A DNA stretch of 61,756 nt, filler included, from Circinaria calcarea (Eukaryota): NCBI GenBank assembly GCA_051942165.1. It is 4 parts of 4 records of this genome, joined end to end, with 100 filler letters (N's around TTAATTAATTAA, not from the genome) between each part and the next. Parts side by side here need not be neighbours in the genome. Positions count along the whole stretch, not along the records: positions 30,962 to 46,309 come from JAVECS010000368.1; positions 46,410 to 61,756 come from JAVECS010000369.1; 2 more parts are not named here. The stretch is one strand, 5' to 3'. The number at the start of each line of letters is the position of its first letter. The stretch's first letter is position 1. Below the pieces are notes generated by a model. It was not told the DNA's origin. It ran no database searches and worked only from the letters and a program-made list of their open reading frames with translations. The translations under genes were made by a program, and so were the position numbers. Shown in pieces: positions 38,039 through 50,387 of this stretch.

Positions 38039-38657
38039 GGTGAATCTGGTCTGAAAAAGATCTTACACAATGATAATGCTTCAGGATATACAATGTGATG
38101 GCGTGTACGAAACCATTAATAGGTTCGCCGGTGCGGGTGGTTTTCTGCATTCAAAAAGCCGAGGCTGGGTGGTAAAGTGGTGTTGTGGTGGCAACAATAA
38201 CGAGGACAATAGGATGATAACAATTTAGTGTCTCTAAGCGTGTCTATGCTTCATTGCACCAATGTGCGAAGCGTTCCCTATAAGCGAACATGATTTAATG
38301 TGGCGAGGACAACACATCAGAAGACCTTGTTTAGCTATCCCACAGAGTCAAAAGACTTGAAGAGCGGTCCACCTGTACATTACTATAGAACGAAGGAGAT
38401 AAAATTACAGACCTCATAGTGCGCCAGATATGCCACAAGTAGTCTTATCTATCCTATGTATACCTAAAGGGTGTGAGCATCCAAACAGCCAGTTGATGGA
38501 CTTTACTATGACCCGACGAATGGTGTATGCTTGTGATGCCTCGCAAGTTCCGGCAGCCAGCACTTGGCTACAGTGCAGTGGATGAACACCGCCAACGCCC
38601 TGATATGCGTGAAGATGTATCCGTAAGACACGTATACATCCGAGAATGTGCCCAAGG

Positions 38658-39951
38658 TTACCTCCTGTTCAATAGACTGAGGAACTCCTCCCTTGTCTTT
38701 GCACTTGACCGCATGCAGCCAAGCATACAACTGGTCGTCGTTGTCGCTCCTGTCTTCTGAACACCTCTCATCACCATGCACAAGTGACTCGACTCCATGA
38801 CGACAGCCACCCCCTGGAGGAGTTAGCCAAGATAGACCGTCACCTGGCTTTGGGAGTCCGCCACCTACCAGGGGTTTCAGAACTTCTGCTACAGCAAGAG
38901 CCACCTGCTTTGTTAGTCTCTCTTGTACTTGCAAACGTCGGGAGAACATCTCAGCCAGTCGAGCCAGCTTAGATAGCCCGATAACTCGGCCACGTGGAAG
39001 GTACCCTATGTGCATCTACGCAGATCCTGTCAAACTCCGCCATAAATTAAACCGGAGTAATAGCTCGACGTACCTTGCCAGTAAATGGTACCATATGATG
39101 TTCACAGAGGGAGAAGACCTTAATTCAACTATTAGTCTTGAGTGATTGTAAACGGAACAGTACTTCAATCTCTTTCCGACCCACTTCTATGTCCTTGAGT
39201 ATCACCAACTCGTCGTGATCCTCGTGGAAAACTGCTCCATTGACCAAGTCCCGAACGTTCTCCTCATAACCTTTGGTGAAGAAAAGCATAGCTTGCGCAT
39301 ACCGCTCTGGGGTCTTGCGAAGACCTTCTCGGTCCGGATCCTCGCCTGCCAGAGTCAGAGACAATGTCCAACAGAGCGACATGATAATGACAGTGAGCCC
39401 AAAATGAAGGCACAGCCATACCTATACATTCCAGGATGGTTTTGACGGCCCCTTGCAGCTTGAGCAGTCGCTTCTGGGTTTCCTCTGGTGTAGCTTCGAG
39501 TCGCGCCCTCGTTCCTAGACCTACAAACATCCGATCAATTCATAGAGCCTTGGGCATTGCTCGACCAGTACTCACTTGGCCAGCTTAAACCATCAAAGTC
39601 GATAGGGGGACTCAATGTGTACGGGCTGGCGGGACGGCTCGACGTCGCTAGAGTTGATAGCGACGCCTCATCTCTAGGATCCCGAGCGGCTTCACTCAAT
39701 TGCGTGTGTGATATGGGAGTCTGACGATATTGCCGATTCGGCTTACTGACATAGGCTTCGTTGCCATTCGGCTCACGATCCTCTGCGGAGTCAAGGTCTA
39801 TGGGTTGTCGCTCAAAGCTTAAAGACTCGATCGAGGCAAAAAGCCTTTGCCGCTCTTTGGCGCCATCTGAGGTGTTCAGGGACGAGCTGCCATTGACCAG
39901 ACGGGAAGGGAGGATGGATCTTGGTTTTGGGCGCAAGGGTGGAGAATTCAT
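38658..39951 (-). CDS. FOL2: GTP cyclohydrolase I (6 exons)
   Basis: Exons 39951-39576, 39520-39422, 39345-39185, 39118-39074, 39015-38869 and 38813-38658. Motifs [42 protein letters not shown] and [11 protein letters not shown]. Confidence 0.95.
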
Positions 39952-40380
39952 GACTAGAAGCTTTAATTGCTTTGGCTCTCTGGGATCGCCAAGATACGGA
40001 TTCAATACATGTCCTCAATGCAGACACCAACAGCTCTCGTCACCGTTGCGAGTTCTTTTACAGTCTGAACGGAGATATCTATTTGAGTCAGATGAAAAAG
40101 ATGGTTAGGCCGGATCCAGGACGGACGCTACCGAAGTAGCGTCCGAATGCTTGACATTGGAGTAGGTCGGCTACCGAAATGCCCATCTTCAGGTCAAATT
40201 ACCTCCCTCATGCCCTACTACCTAGACAGGTAGCAGATACTTCCTCTATCACGAGATATAGATACCAGCTCAGCTATATCTGCCATGCCTCCATTAGTAG
40301 CTAACCAAGCTGCGTATTGGATCATTCATGCTCCCGGGAGGGAGAGCACCGCCCTCACTTGCTTGCAAGTAAAGCCTTTT

Positions 40381-41907
<1,527 letters not shown>

Positions 41908-42404
41908 TACGTAGAATGTTTAACGAGAGCCTACCTTTAGGTGAAGCTGTAGGGGGGTAACAGCTGCATACAGAGCGACTTGAGGGCTCCTGTTCTGTGT
42001 GCTACGCTTTGTTTCATCTGGCTTGAATCTCGCCGACCAAGTACCAGTACCTTCGTAGCGCAGAGGCGAAGGACCCTTTAGAATAACGCGACACTCGAAC
42101 TGGCTCCCGACGCGGTGAGATCCTGCTACCCTTGTAATTAATTGGGTTAGCTAAGCCCTAAAACCCCTTAAGGTTAATAACATACATTAACGGATGCTAT
42201 GAGCAAGGGAGACATAGATTCTTACCATGTTAGATAATCGAGCGGTTGTTATGCTGCTGGTTACTCAAGCACGTGTCGAGTAATGAAGGTCTACAGTAGC
42301 TTATCATTCCGCGATAGAATACGCTAAGCTTACTTAGGCAACTACGTAGTTATTAAGCATATCAGGAATTGGAGGGAATATCCAATATTTGATTGATTTA
42401 GTTA

Positions 42405-42897
42405 CAGTGCGTTCCATAATGGTAGGCAAGTTTTCAAGAATTTTCAAGAATTTTTTTTTGGGATCTCCGCAAGGGTTAAGCGAAGGCGCTAGCTATGAAA
42501 GCCGTACCATAGTAATCTATTAGTAAACACTATCTTTGTTTAGGGGTATCCTAAGTTCTCGTTATACCTCAACGCATGAAATTACATCGCATTCGTTAAG
42601 CCTGCCGTAAAGAGATTCGATTGGCTATGAATATGTTCTTAGCAGATACTCCGCACGTATCATATAAAGCATATTCTCTCTTAGGTTACCTTGAACCATG
42701 TTGATAGTAGTATTGTGGTAAGATGAAAAGTCTTGAGGTGAAACTTCCCCAGCGAAAACTGGGGATACATGTAAACAAAGATAGTATTTACTAGCAGATT
42801 ACTATGGTACGGCTATCCTAGCTAGTGCCTTCGCCTAACGCGGAGATTCAAAAAAAAAAAATCTTTGAAAACGCGCCTATCATTATGGAACGCAATG
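42405..42897. mobile_element. Tc1/mariner-type MITE (493 bp) with long (~160-bp) imperfect TIRs and TA TSD
   Basis: TA|CAGTGCGTTCCATAATGGTAGGC... versus ...GCCTATCATTATGGAACGCAATG|TA. Inner arm segments GCCGTACCATAGTAATCT..TAGTAAA.ACTATCTTTGTTTA are also mirrored. Confidence 0.85.
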
Positions 42898-43301
42898 TAT
42901 TCAAGTTTAACGTCTATACGCAGCCGATTTGGCCAAGGCAGACATCGCTATCTCACCCTGGAGCATCTATGGCTACCAAAGCTCGCTGTATTATGCCTCG
43001 CTTCCGAAGCTCCCGTATCCCTAACCGTCAATATGCGTGTTCTCGCTTTCTGCCGAAGCGTCAAGTTTTCAGGCGTTGCCCGCTGCTTGCGTGTGCGGTA
43101 GGCGCCTATGTTACCCCTTCCAAAGTGAGTCCTTAGCGGAGGTTGGCTTACATACGGCAGGCCCCATCTTTGGTTTGATTTTGACCACTAGCTATTCCTC
43201 GCAGAAATAGACTCCCGCTTATCGGTTTTAGAAACTGATCGCTGCTTCGCAGATTCTCCTTTAGTCTTACGTAGTGACCTAAGTAAACAAGAGGTGGGAG
43301 T

Positions 43302-43660
43302 CTATGCTTTCTCCTTCCTCTCCTTGCCCTTCATTTCTCTCTCAGCCGCTCCTTCTCTTCGTCGTATTTCTCTGTTGTTCAGATATTCTAGCAGTGGGGC
43401 CACTGCTTCTCTCATACCTATCAAGTCCGCTAGCGATCTTTTACCCGACGCTAATAGCCAGTCAATTTTAACCTCAGCAAGCGCCTTCTTAATACCCCTT
43501 CTCCTTTCTCCATTTTCTACAGTACTCATATATAATGCATCAACTATTGCGTTGCTCCGCATCAGCCACAGCTTCTATCCACTGCCGCCTTTATTCTATG
43601 CAGGTAGGCGCTTACCATTGCTTGCCCTGATTTCAGCTGGAGGGATCGTCCTGTTAGCGA
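43302..43660 (-). mobile_element. Non-LTR retrotransposon (Tad/LINE) ORF2 C-terminal relic
   Basis: LQLKSGQAMVSAYLHRIKAAVDRSCG*CGATQ*..YCRKWRKE (C-terminal CCHC finger region) followed by LADLIG..AVAPLLEYLNNREI; stops and frameshifts present. Confidence 0.7.
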
Positions 43661-46111
43661 TCCAATGATTAAATGACTAGATTGACTAAAATTCTCCAAT
43701 CAACTCTCCGCTCTTGAAATTCAAAGAGTAATCTCATATCCTAGGCTTGCCGCCAAGACTGCTATAGCTGGAAAAGCTAGTTTCGAAATTGAATAGTAAC
43801 TACTGATTGCCTTTCGTACGTTTATTATTAGGCTCCTTTTCATCTAATGGGGTAAACCCCCCGTTTATTCTTGTCCTTTTCCGGCAGAAATTTTATCTCT
43901 CCAATCTCCTCCGCTACACCTGCTTTATGGCCGGATTGGCATTTTCTTGCCATTTTTACCACTCTCGCCCGCTTTCCTGCCTGTTATTTTGCCTTTTTCG
44001 GGCAGAGATAATTGTTTTTCAATCTCCTCTCCTCTTCTATGCTTCCGATCACCTTTCCTTCTGTATCTAGCTTTTGCAGGTTAATTTATTAGAATGAAAA
44101 TACTAAATCCGAACAACATAACCGTGCATATCCAAGATAGCTAGGGCTTCTTCGATTGCCCCACCTACATTTCCTAAAGCTAGTTTCGATTTATCATCGG
44201 GAGGTACGAAATCAGGAAGCTTGGCGTCAGAGTCGTAAGCATCGTCTTCCAGACTGTCTATCCACCCTAGGATTTCCTCGCTAAACTTTTGACTAAATCG
44301 AATGCAGCCTTTCAATTATCGCGTAGACTTTTCTTTCTTCCCCTCTTAGTTCCAACAATTTCTTGATCTCGTCGCTTATCATAAGTCTCTTCTTCAGGGC
44401 AACAATTTTGTCCCCGAGGGCCGAAAGTCTTGATTTGGATCCTTCTCGACAACCTTGGCTTGAATATCCACCAAGGCGTATTGCAAGGTATCGCGTTTAG
44501 CTTTAGTGACTCGATGCGCGTCACATTCCATATTAAGAAAACTTTTGGCATTCTTTTCGTCGGCGGCTTCGGTGTCAGATTCGTTGTTCTGCGTGACTGC
44601 TGACAAGTTTGAGCCTCTTTCCTTTTTGTTGCTGCTACCCAGCCTCCTCCCCTTTCCCTCCCCCCACGTTGCGGACCCTGCTGTCGAAGAAGTTCGCTTG
44701 ACCCCCCCGGCCGAGGTGTGGGTGGGCGGTAAGTTGTGATCAACGAATGCTGGAAACGGATTCGGCGGGCCGCCGGTTAAGTGGCCAATACTGGGAACAA
44801 ATCTTTCTTGCTCGTGTTAACATACGCTGGGCCCTATGTATGCGGTATTTTGGCTGAAATGAGGCCGCCTGTCTTACTGAAGTTGCATGGGTAATAAGTA
44901 CCCAGATTTTTCAGGGTAAAGGAATCTTTCTGGGCTTTCACCCATGTATACAAGTGCCCTTTTTTCTGGTTAGAATACTTATTTTGGTATTACTTGCCTG
45001 TGAAGCTTATCAGTCGCGCGCACCGAGGTTCGTGTTTTCGTACTCGATTCGTTGAACAATTTTAGCGCATCCTCTTAATGGTGCCGGAAATCTTCATTAA
45101 TGGCCATGGAGGATAATGTCATCTGCCACTCTCGATAAAAGAGATAAGATATTCACTTTCCGCCGTCTACCTGCCCGTCTTCATATTTATGCTGCGCGAG
45201 ATTTGCGGCGCAGGTATAAACATAAAGATAAAACGGCGTGAAGCTGTTGAACTTAATTCCTATTAAGCTAGGCAGCTCAAAATCGCAGTACCGACACGTA
45301 AAAGTCCCACTCAAAGTTTTTTCTGCCGGCTCAATGTAATCGATTTCGTGCCAGACATCGAACTCGAAAACAGGCATACAAGCCGGAGGACACCCTCAAT
45401 ATTACACCTTTTTATCCTAAGAATTTATGAGACTTTCATCATATATACCGTAGTGTGCCAATATCTAGTCATCCCTTATATACTTGACAGAGACCACGCA
45501 GATTCGTAGAAGAAAAAAGGGTAGCATTGGAGGTATCCTCCGCTGCCTTCTAGGTTCTTTCTACAAGCTCGGAGCGCGATTGGGCTTATGTAATTATTTG
45601 TTACGTCCCTAGGCTGGTGTATAGTGACTGCAGTCACAAAGTTTCGGCAATGCTTCCTACTACTACAAGGCAGGAGCTCCGTCAACAAGGCACAAGAGGG
45701 TTCTACACCAATGTTAGGCAAGTAGGAAGGTAACTATAACTGTATACTGCTATAGAAGTAACGTCTTGAAGACGAGGATCCTGAATAGCACGGAAAGAAC
45801 TGTGGGTCTGAACCTCCGCTCCCAAACGTTACATAAAGATCCCCGGATGCATAGCGCGATGACATTATTCCGGAAATTGCGTAACCGATGATAGACAGTC
45901 AGTGTATGAGAGGTGCTCCGCTCCCACTACCTTTAAATCGAGTCTTTTAAACTCGACTTGATACGTTCAAAGTTTGGTGATCTTGGCAGAATGGCCCGTG
46001 CGACGCCATCACGCGCTATGAGATTGGCCTCAGTGAATTCATCCGGATTCCGAAACTTCGTTGGATCTTACTTTGTATAATGGTATAGCATAACGCAACT
46101 ACTCGATCAAC

Positions 46112-46309
46112 ATGGTAAGGAAATACAGCCCCCTTGCCCGTAGCATCTGTTAATGTATGCTATTAAATTTAGGGGGTTCCTAAGTTCTTTCGCTGGCTGA
46201 GCGAGCGGTATCCAGCCATCTCTCAGCTCATTGCTGAGAATCGGATTCCGGAATTCGACTGTCTTTATCTTGATATGAACGGAATCATCCATAACTGTCT
46301 GTACTATAT
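46112..46309 (+). CDS. XRN1: 5'-3' exoribonuclease 1, 5' fragment truncated by contig end
   Basis: ATG|GTAAGG intron 46115-46172, then [41 protein letters not shown], the XRN1/Kem1 N-terminal signature. Confidence 0.9.
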
Positions 46310-46409
46310 NNNNNNNNNNNNNNNNNNNNNNNNNNNNNNNNNNNNNNNNNNNNTTAATTAATTAANNNNNNNNNNNNNNNNNNNNNNNNNNNNNNNNNNN
46401 NNNNNNNNN
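46310..46409. other. Artificial contig linker (44N-TTAATTAATTAA-44N)
   Basis: Same 100-nt linker. Confidence 0.97.
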
Positions 46410-46806
46410 GCTTCCCCTCGTCGACCAAGTCACCGGAAAGATATGCCGAGCCGGACGCAGGACGGCCGAAGTTCTGCGTCGCGCACCAGGCCTGCTAACA
46501 TGTTAGCAGATACAGGAGCGAAGCGGAAGGAGATAAAAAAGGGGGGGGGGGTTATATTCCCTCCACTCCTTCTGCTTCGGAGCGTAAGCCCTCGTAGTAT
46601 TCGGAGGTCTTGTGAGGTCATGCCTCAACAAGACCTCCTTAACGGCCGCTTCCACGCGAAGATCGACCTGACGCTGCAGCGCCGGATCGTCTTCGCCGAA
46701 CGCAACGGCATCAGGCGCAGCGGCGGCGGCGGCGGCGGAGGCAGAGGCAAGGGGGAGGAAAGGAAGGACGGCGGAGGGAGCGCGCAAAGAAGTTCCTGTT
46801 AGACAT
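46410..46806 (-). mobile_element. Crypton (tyrosine-recombinase/Ndc10-like) transposon 5' coding fragment, defective
   Basis: MSNRNFF (frameshift) ...LTRPPNTTRAYAPKQKEWR|AWCATQNF...GDLVDEGKL matches the recalled RP.NT..AY..KQ.EW..WC...D.V.E.KL N-terminus of fungal Crypton proteins. The intron donor reads GA rather than GT. Runs into the gap. Confidence 0.65.
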
Positions 46807-48120
46807 AAAATAATTATGTGAAAAAGAAAGAAAGGAAACGGGCAGAGGAAATAGAAAAATACTCTGTAACCCGGGCAAAAAAAAAGTTAGGTCTGCCAGT
46901 ATCAGCAGACCTTTGACATCACTTTTAGCGCCGTCATCCACCTGTCATCCACGCCAAAATTTGCCCAAAAGTTAGGTCTGCGGGGTTGTAAAACCGGCCT
47001 GGAGCGCTACGAAATGGGTGTGGACCGGGGGTGTGGATGACGCCAAGACCGTCATCGGATGACGCCAAGACCTTTGATACCAGAGGTTTTCTGCTATGCA
47101 GTTCAATAGTGAAGTCCACACACATAGACTGGTAGTTACCATAGCCAATACAGCCTATTCCACCCTGTATTACCTCCGTTTTTTTTCACAAATTATTATA
47201 ATATTATAATAATTTTTATAATCGTTGATTTTTTTTTCGTTTTTGTTAAACATGGAGCCAGCATACAGTATACAGAAGTTCTGTACTACACGCATTAGTG
47301 TTAGCGTGTTCCTGCAGAGTTTTCTCCTTGGCTTCGCACTATGCGAACCACACACTTACACACACTGCGTGAAGCATATAGGTAGCCCCAATTGAATGCA
47401 TATCACGCTGCTAATTGAACAGTTTTAAATTTTTAAAAAAATAATTAAGTTTAAGTAACAATTATTAACTAACGTTTTTAAAAAATTATTAAATAATTAT
47501 AACCGAACTAAAAAGTCGTAATAGGCTGCCCCCTTTATTAAGCCGTATTTAGTTATTTTTTCGCTTTTTTCGTATTTTTTTATACTTTTTCCCTGCTCCC
47601 CCGTGCTCTAATCTTGCTCCCTCGTGCTCCCCCGTTACTTTCTCGCTACTCCCTTTTAAAACGGCCTTACTCCCTTTCCACACTGAAAATGGATCAGGCT
47701 CACCCCCATCTCGGGGTACATATAATATATATATCACCCCTCTGTTATGGCGCCACGCCATACTACTGCCAAGGGAAAGGACCGGAGCGGGGGAATAAGG
47801 AGCCGGGTGCTCCCAGGCGCTCCCGGGACTTAGCAGGGAGCATGGCACGTGAAACGCTCTCAAGTGCTCTTAATAATCCTAGGGAACATAGGGATCACTA
47901 GAGAGCACAGAATTATATAAATAAATTATTCCGCGCTCTTTAAAATAGCATACTTATAGACATAACTGAAGTAACAATCGACCCATTAAGCTTCAGGTAA
48001 TCGTGCACCTTAGGAGTGACCTATCCCTTATATAAGTCTAGCATTTATCCTAGCACCCTTACACCCTCCCCGTAGAAGAGCCGGAATTTATATGGAGTAA
48101 ACCTAGCACTTTCCTAAAAC

Positions 48121-50023
48121 TCAGAATCTTTTTATTTCCTGTTGCAGACATGCTGCGAGTTCCGCATCGCTTCTTGTCCAAGGCCTGTCAACATTGTGTC
48201 CCTTTAGGACCTCGACTACCAAAGACTGCACCCGGCTTGCGGAATCTGCTGCGACCGTCGTACCGCCTTGGCGCTTGGTGGCTCTCATTGTAGATGCCGA
48301 TGGTGTTATTGACCTCTTTCGCGTCTCCACTATGACGGTTGACGCGTCGTTGGAGTCTGACGCGTTGGAGTTTGCATGCCTGATGTTCGACCTGATATAT
48401 TTCTGAATCTCAGACGAGCGAATGGAGTCAAACGATTTGTCGTGTTCAGGACCACCAGCCTGTCCGGCAGGCTGGTAAACCACTGTTGCTTGATTCTCAT
48501 CGGCATACAAAGCGGGCGTTGAGGTCAGACCATGTTCCCAAGACGCATCTGGGAGATATAATGCCTCCAGGTAACAATCTTCCGCTGAAGCTCGTTGCTC
48601 CGACTCAAAAACCAGCATATTGTTTGACAAGAAGTCAATTAAAGGATCGGAATCCCAATTATTGAGATTTTGGATTATTTTTTTGCACCAACGTCTCCCT
48701 TTTTCTTCGCCGTTGTTTGGTGGAAGATTGTAGCCGTATTGAAATATGACCACGCCAAGTGACCAGATATCACAAGCATTAGTATACCTAGAGAATTCAA
48801 AGACCTCAGCCGCAGCGTAGATATATGTGCCGACAGCCGTCTTCAAAGTACTGTCTGCCTTTGACAGACCAAAGTCCGAGAGCTTAATATGGAAGCGGAA
48901 ACGGTCTCGCCATTGGACAAGTATATTCTCAGGTTTGATATCTCGATGGACAATACCTTCTTCGTGAAGGCAATGAAGCGCGTTAAGTCCTTGACGAAGG
49001 ATTTCTAAAGTTTCACACTCTGAGATCCGTTGCTTCCTGCTTTGATCATCGAGGTTTCCAAGGGGTAGGTATTCAAGAATTAGCCGAGGTGACGGCGTCT
49101 CCAATACACGGAGAAGTTCAACGATATGCGGCTAAAGAGATGTCAGTACCTCGCGGTATAAAGAAAGAAAATAATCCACTGACATGAGAGACTCTCTTCA
49201 TTATAGAGGCTTCTCTCCTCCAATTCGACCTAGTGATATCGTGGAACTCTTTCGAAGCGCACATAATCCCGGCGCTAACATCCCAAACACGAGTCACAAG
49301 GCCGAAAGATCCTTTCCCTAGTTCTCCCTGGGGGAGATACAGCGGACTCTGTGAAGGAGTGCGCTCCCCACTCTGCGCTGCAGTTGAAATTTTGCTTTGA
49401 ATACCAAGCCCCCCGAGGCGAAGCCCTTCGTCTGCGGCGGCCTCTTCGAAGAATCGGTCAAGGTTATCGCGGTAGAGCTGCGTCTTCTGGCGAGAGACGA
49501 CGATCTGAAAGCTGACATGTGGATGGATTTGGATGACAATTTTTTGCGTCTTTTCGAGCGCTTCGTCCCCGCTGAGAATCCATTGAAAATCGCGGCGCTT
49601 CTCTCTTAGTTTACCATCGTAAGTGATAATAGATCCATTGTGCGAAAAGTCGTATATAATAAACTGTTTATTGGCGTTGAATGTGAAGTAACAATGGCGC
49701 GCGCTAATACCCTTCAGATTCGGCATAACAATATCACAACTATTCACATCCGTCCCAACAACAAATCCCACAGCAGCACCACCCTTCGGTCCGGGCTCGA
49801 AAGTCAATTGGAGTCCTGGCTTGAAAAGGTGGGTTAGACTTTGATCGCTGTCTTCGTCGCTGTCGAGGGAGGCTGTTGACTCTCGGCTAAAGGCGTCTGA
49901 CGTTTTTTGCTGTGCAGGAAAGTATCGTACTTTATTATCGCTGCTGCAAACGGCAGCGTGCGAATGGCCGAGAGGATCGTTGTCTGCAGCATATAAGCAA
50001 GCAATTAAGTTCGCAGTATCCAT
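48121..50023 (-). CDS. FHA-domain Ser/Thr protein kinase (Chk2/Rad53-like architecture), ~616 aa, 2 exons
   Basis: Exons 50023-49184 and 49131-48121 (GTCAGT...CTGAC...TTTAG). FHA: GFVVGTDVNSCDIV..ISARHCYFTFN..DFSHNGS. Kinase: LGKGSFGLV, ASKEF, REASIMK, HRDIKPENILV, SDFGLSK, GTYIYAAAEV, DIWSLGVV. Confidence 0.88.
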
Positions 50024-50387
50024 TTTAACTGCTGGATGTTGGATAATGTCGGAGGAGAAAGCTGGTGAGGAAGTATTAATCACCCCCACTCTGAATAGGT
50101 TATTCACGTGACTAAGATAACTAAGCATTTGTTGCTGGCATTCCATATTACCTTTCGACCACCCGCTCTGTTCTTCGCGCCCTCGAATTCTTTTAGCCAT
50201 GGTCTCGTCCACATCGAAGCTGCCTGCGAGCCATATCGCTGCCTTCACCGATACAGAGCTTAGCCAGCATTTGGAAGAAAATGGGGGATATATTATGGTT
50301 GAAGATTATGAGAATCTGCCTGAACAGTTTAACCAACGACTGCTGTAATAACCTTCTCCCTGGAAAGTCTGCTTATATCTAATAATC

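Noticed and set aside
44103..45860. Possible decayed minus-strand gene divergent from XRN1
   Set aside because: Short overlapping ORFs look partly protein-like, but I could not build a consistent spliced model or recognise a family.
46112..46806. XRN1 disrupted by a Crypton insertion
   Set aside because: The two pieces are on different contigs separated by the artificial linker.
47560..48120. Recurrent GTGCTCC/GGAGCA words as TIRs of an element
   Set aside because: The motifs are scattered and degenerate; no defined arms or TSD could be established.
50024..50248. N-terminal extension of the kinase ORF given in the track (GTG start)
   Set aside because: Non-ATG start; the extension is not domain-like and would fill most of the shared promoter. 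ATG at 50023 is preferred, though upstream ATGs cannot be fully excluded.
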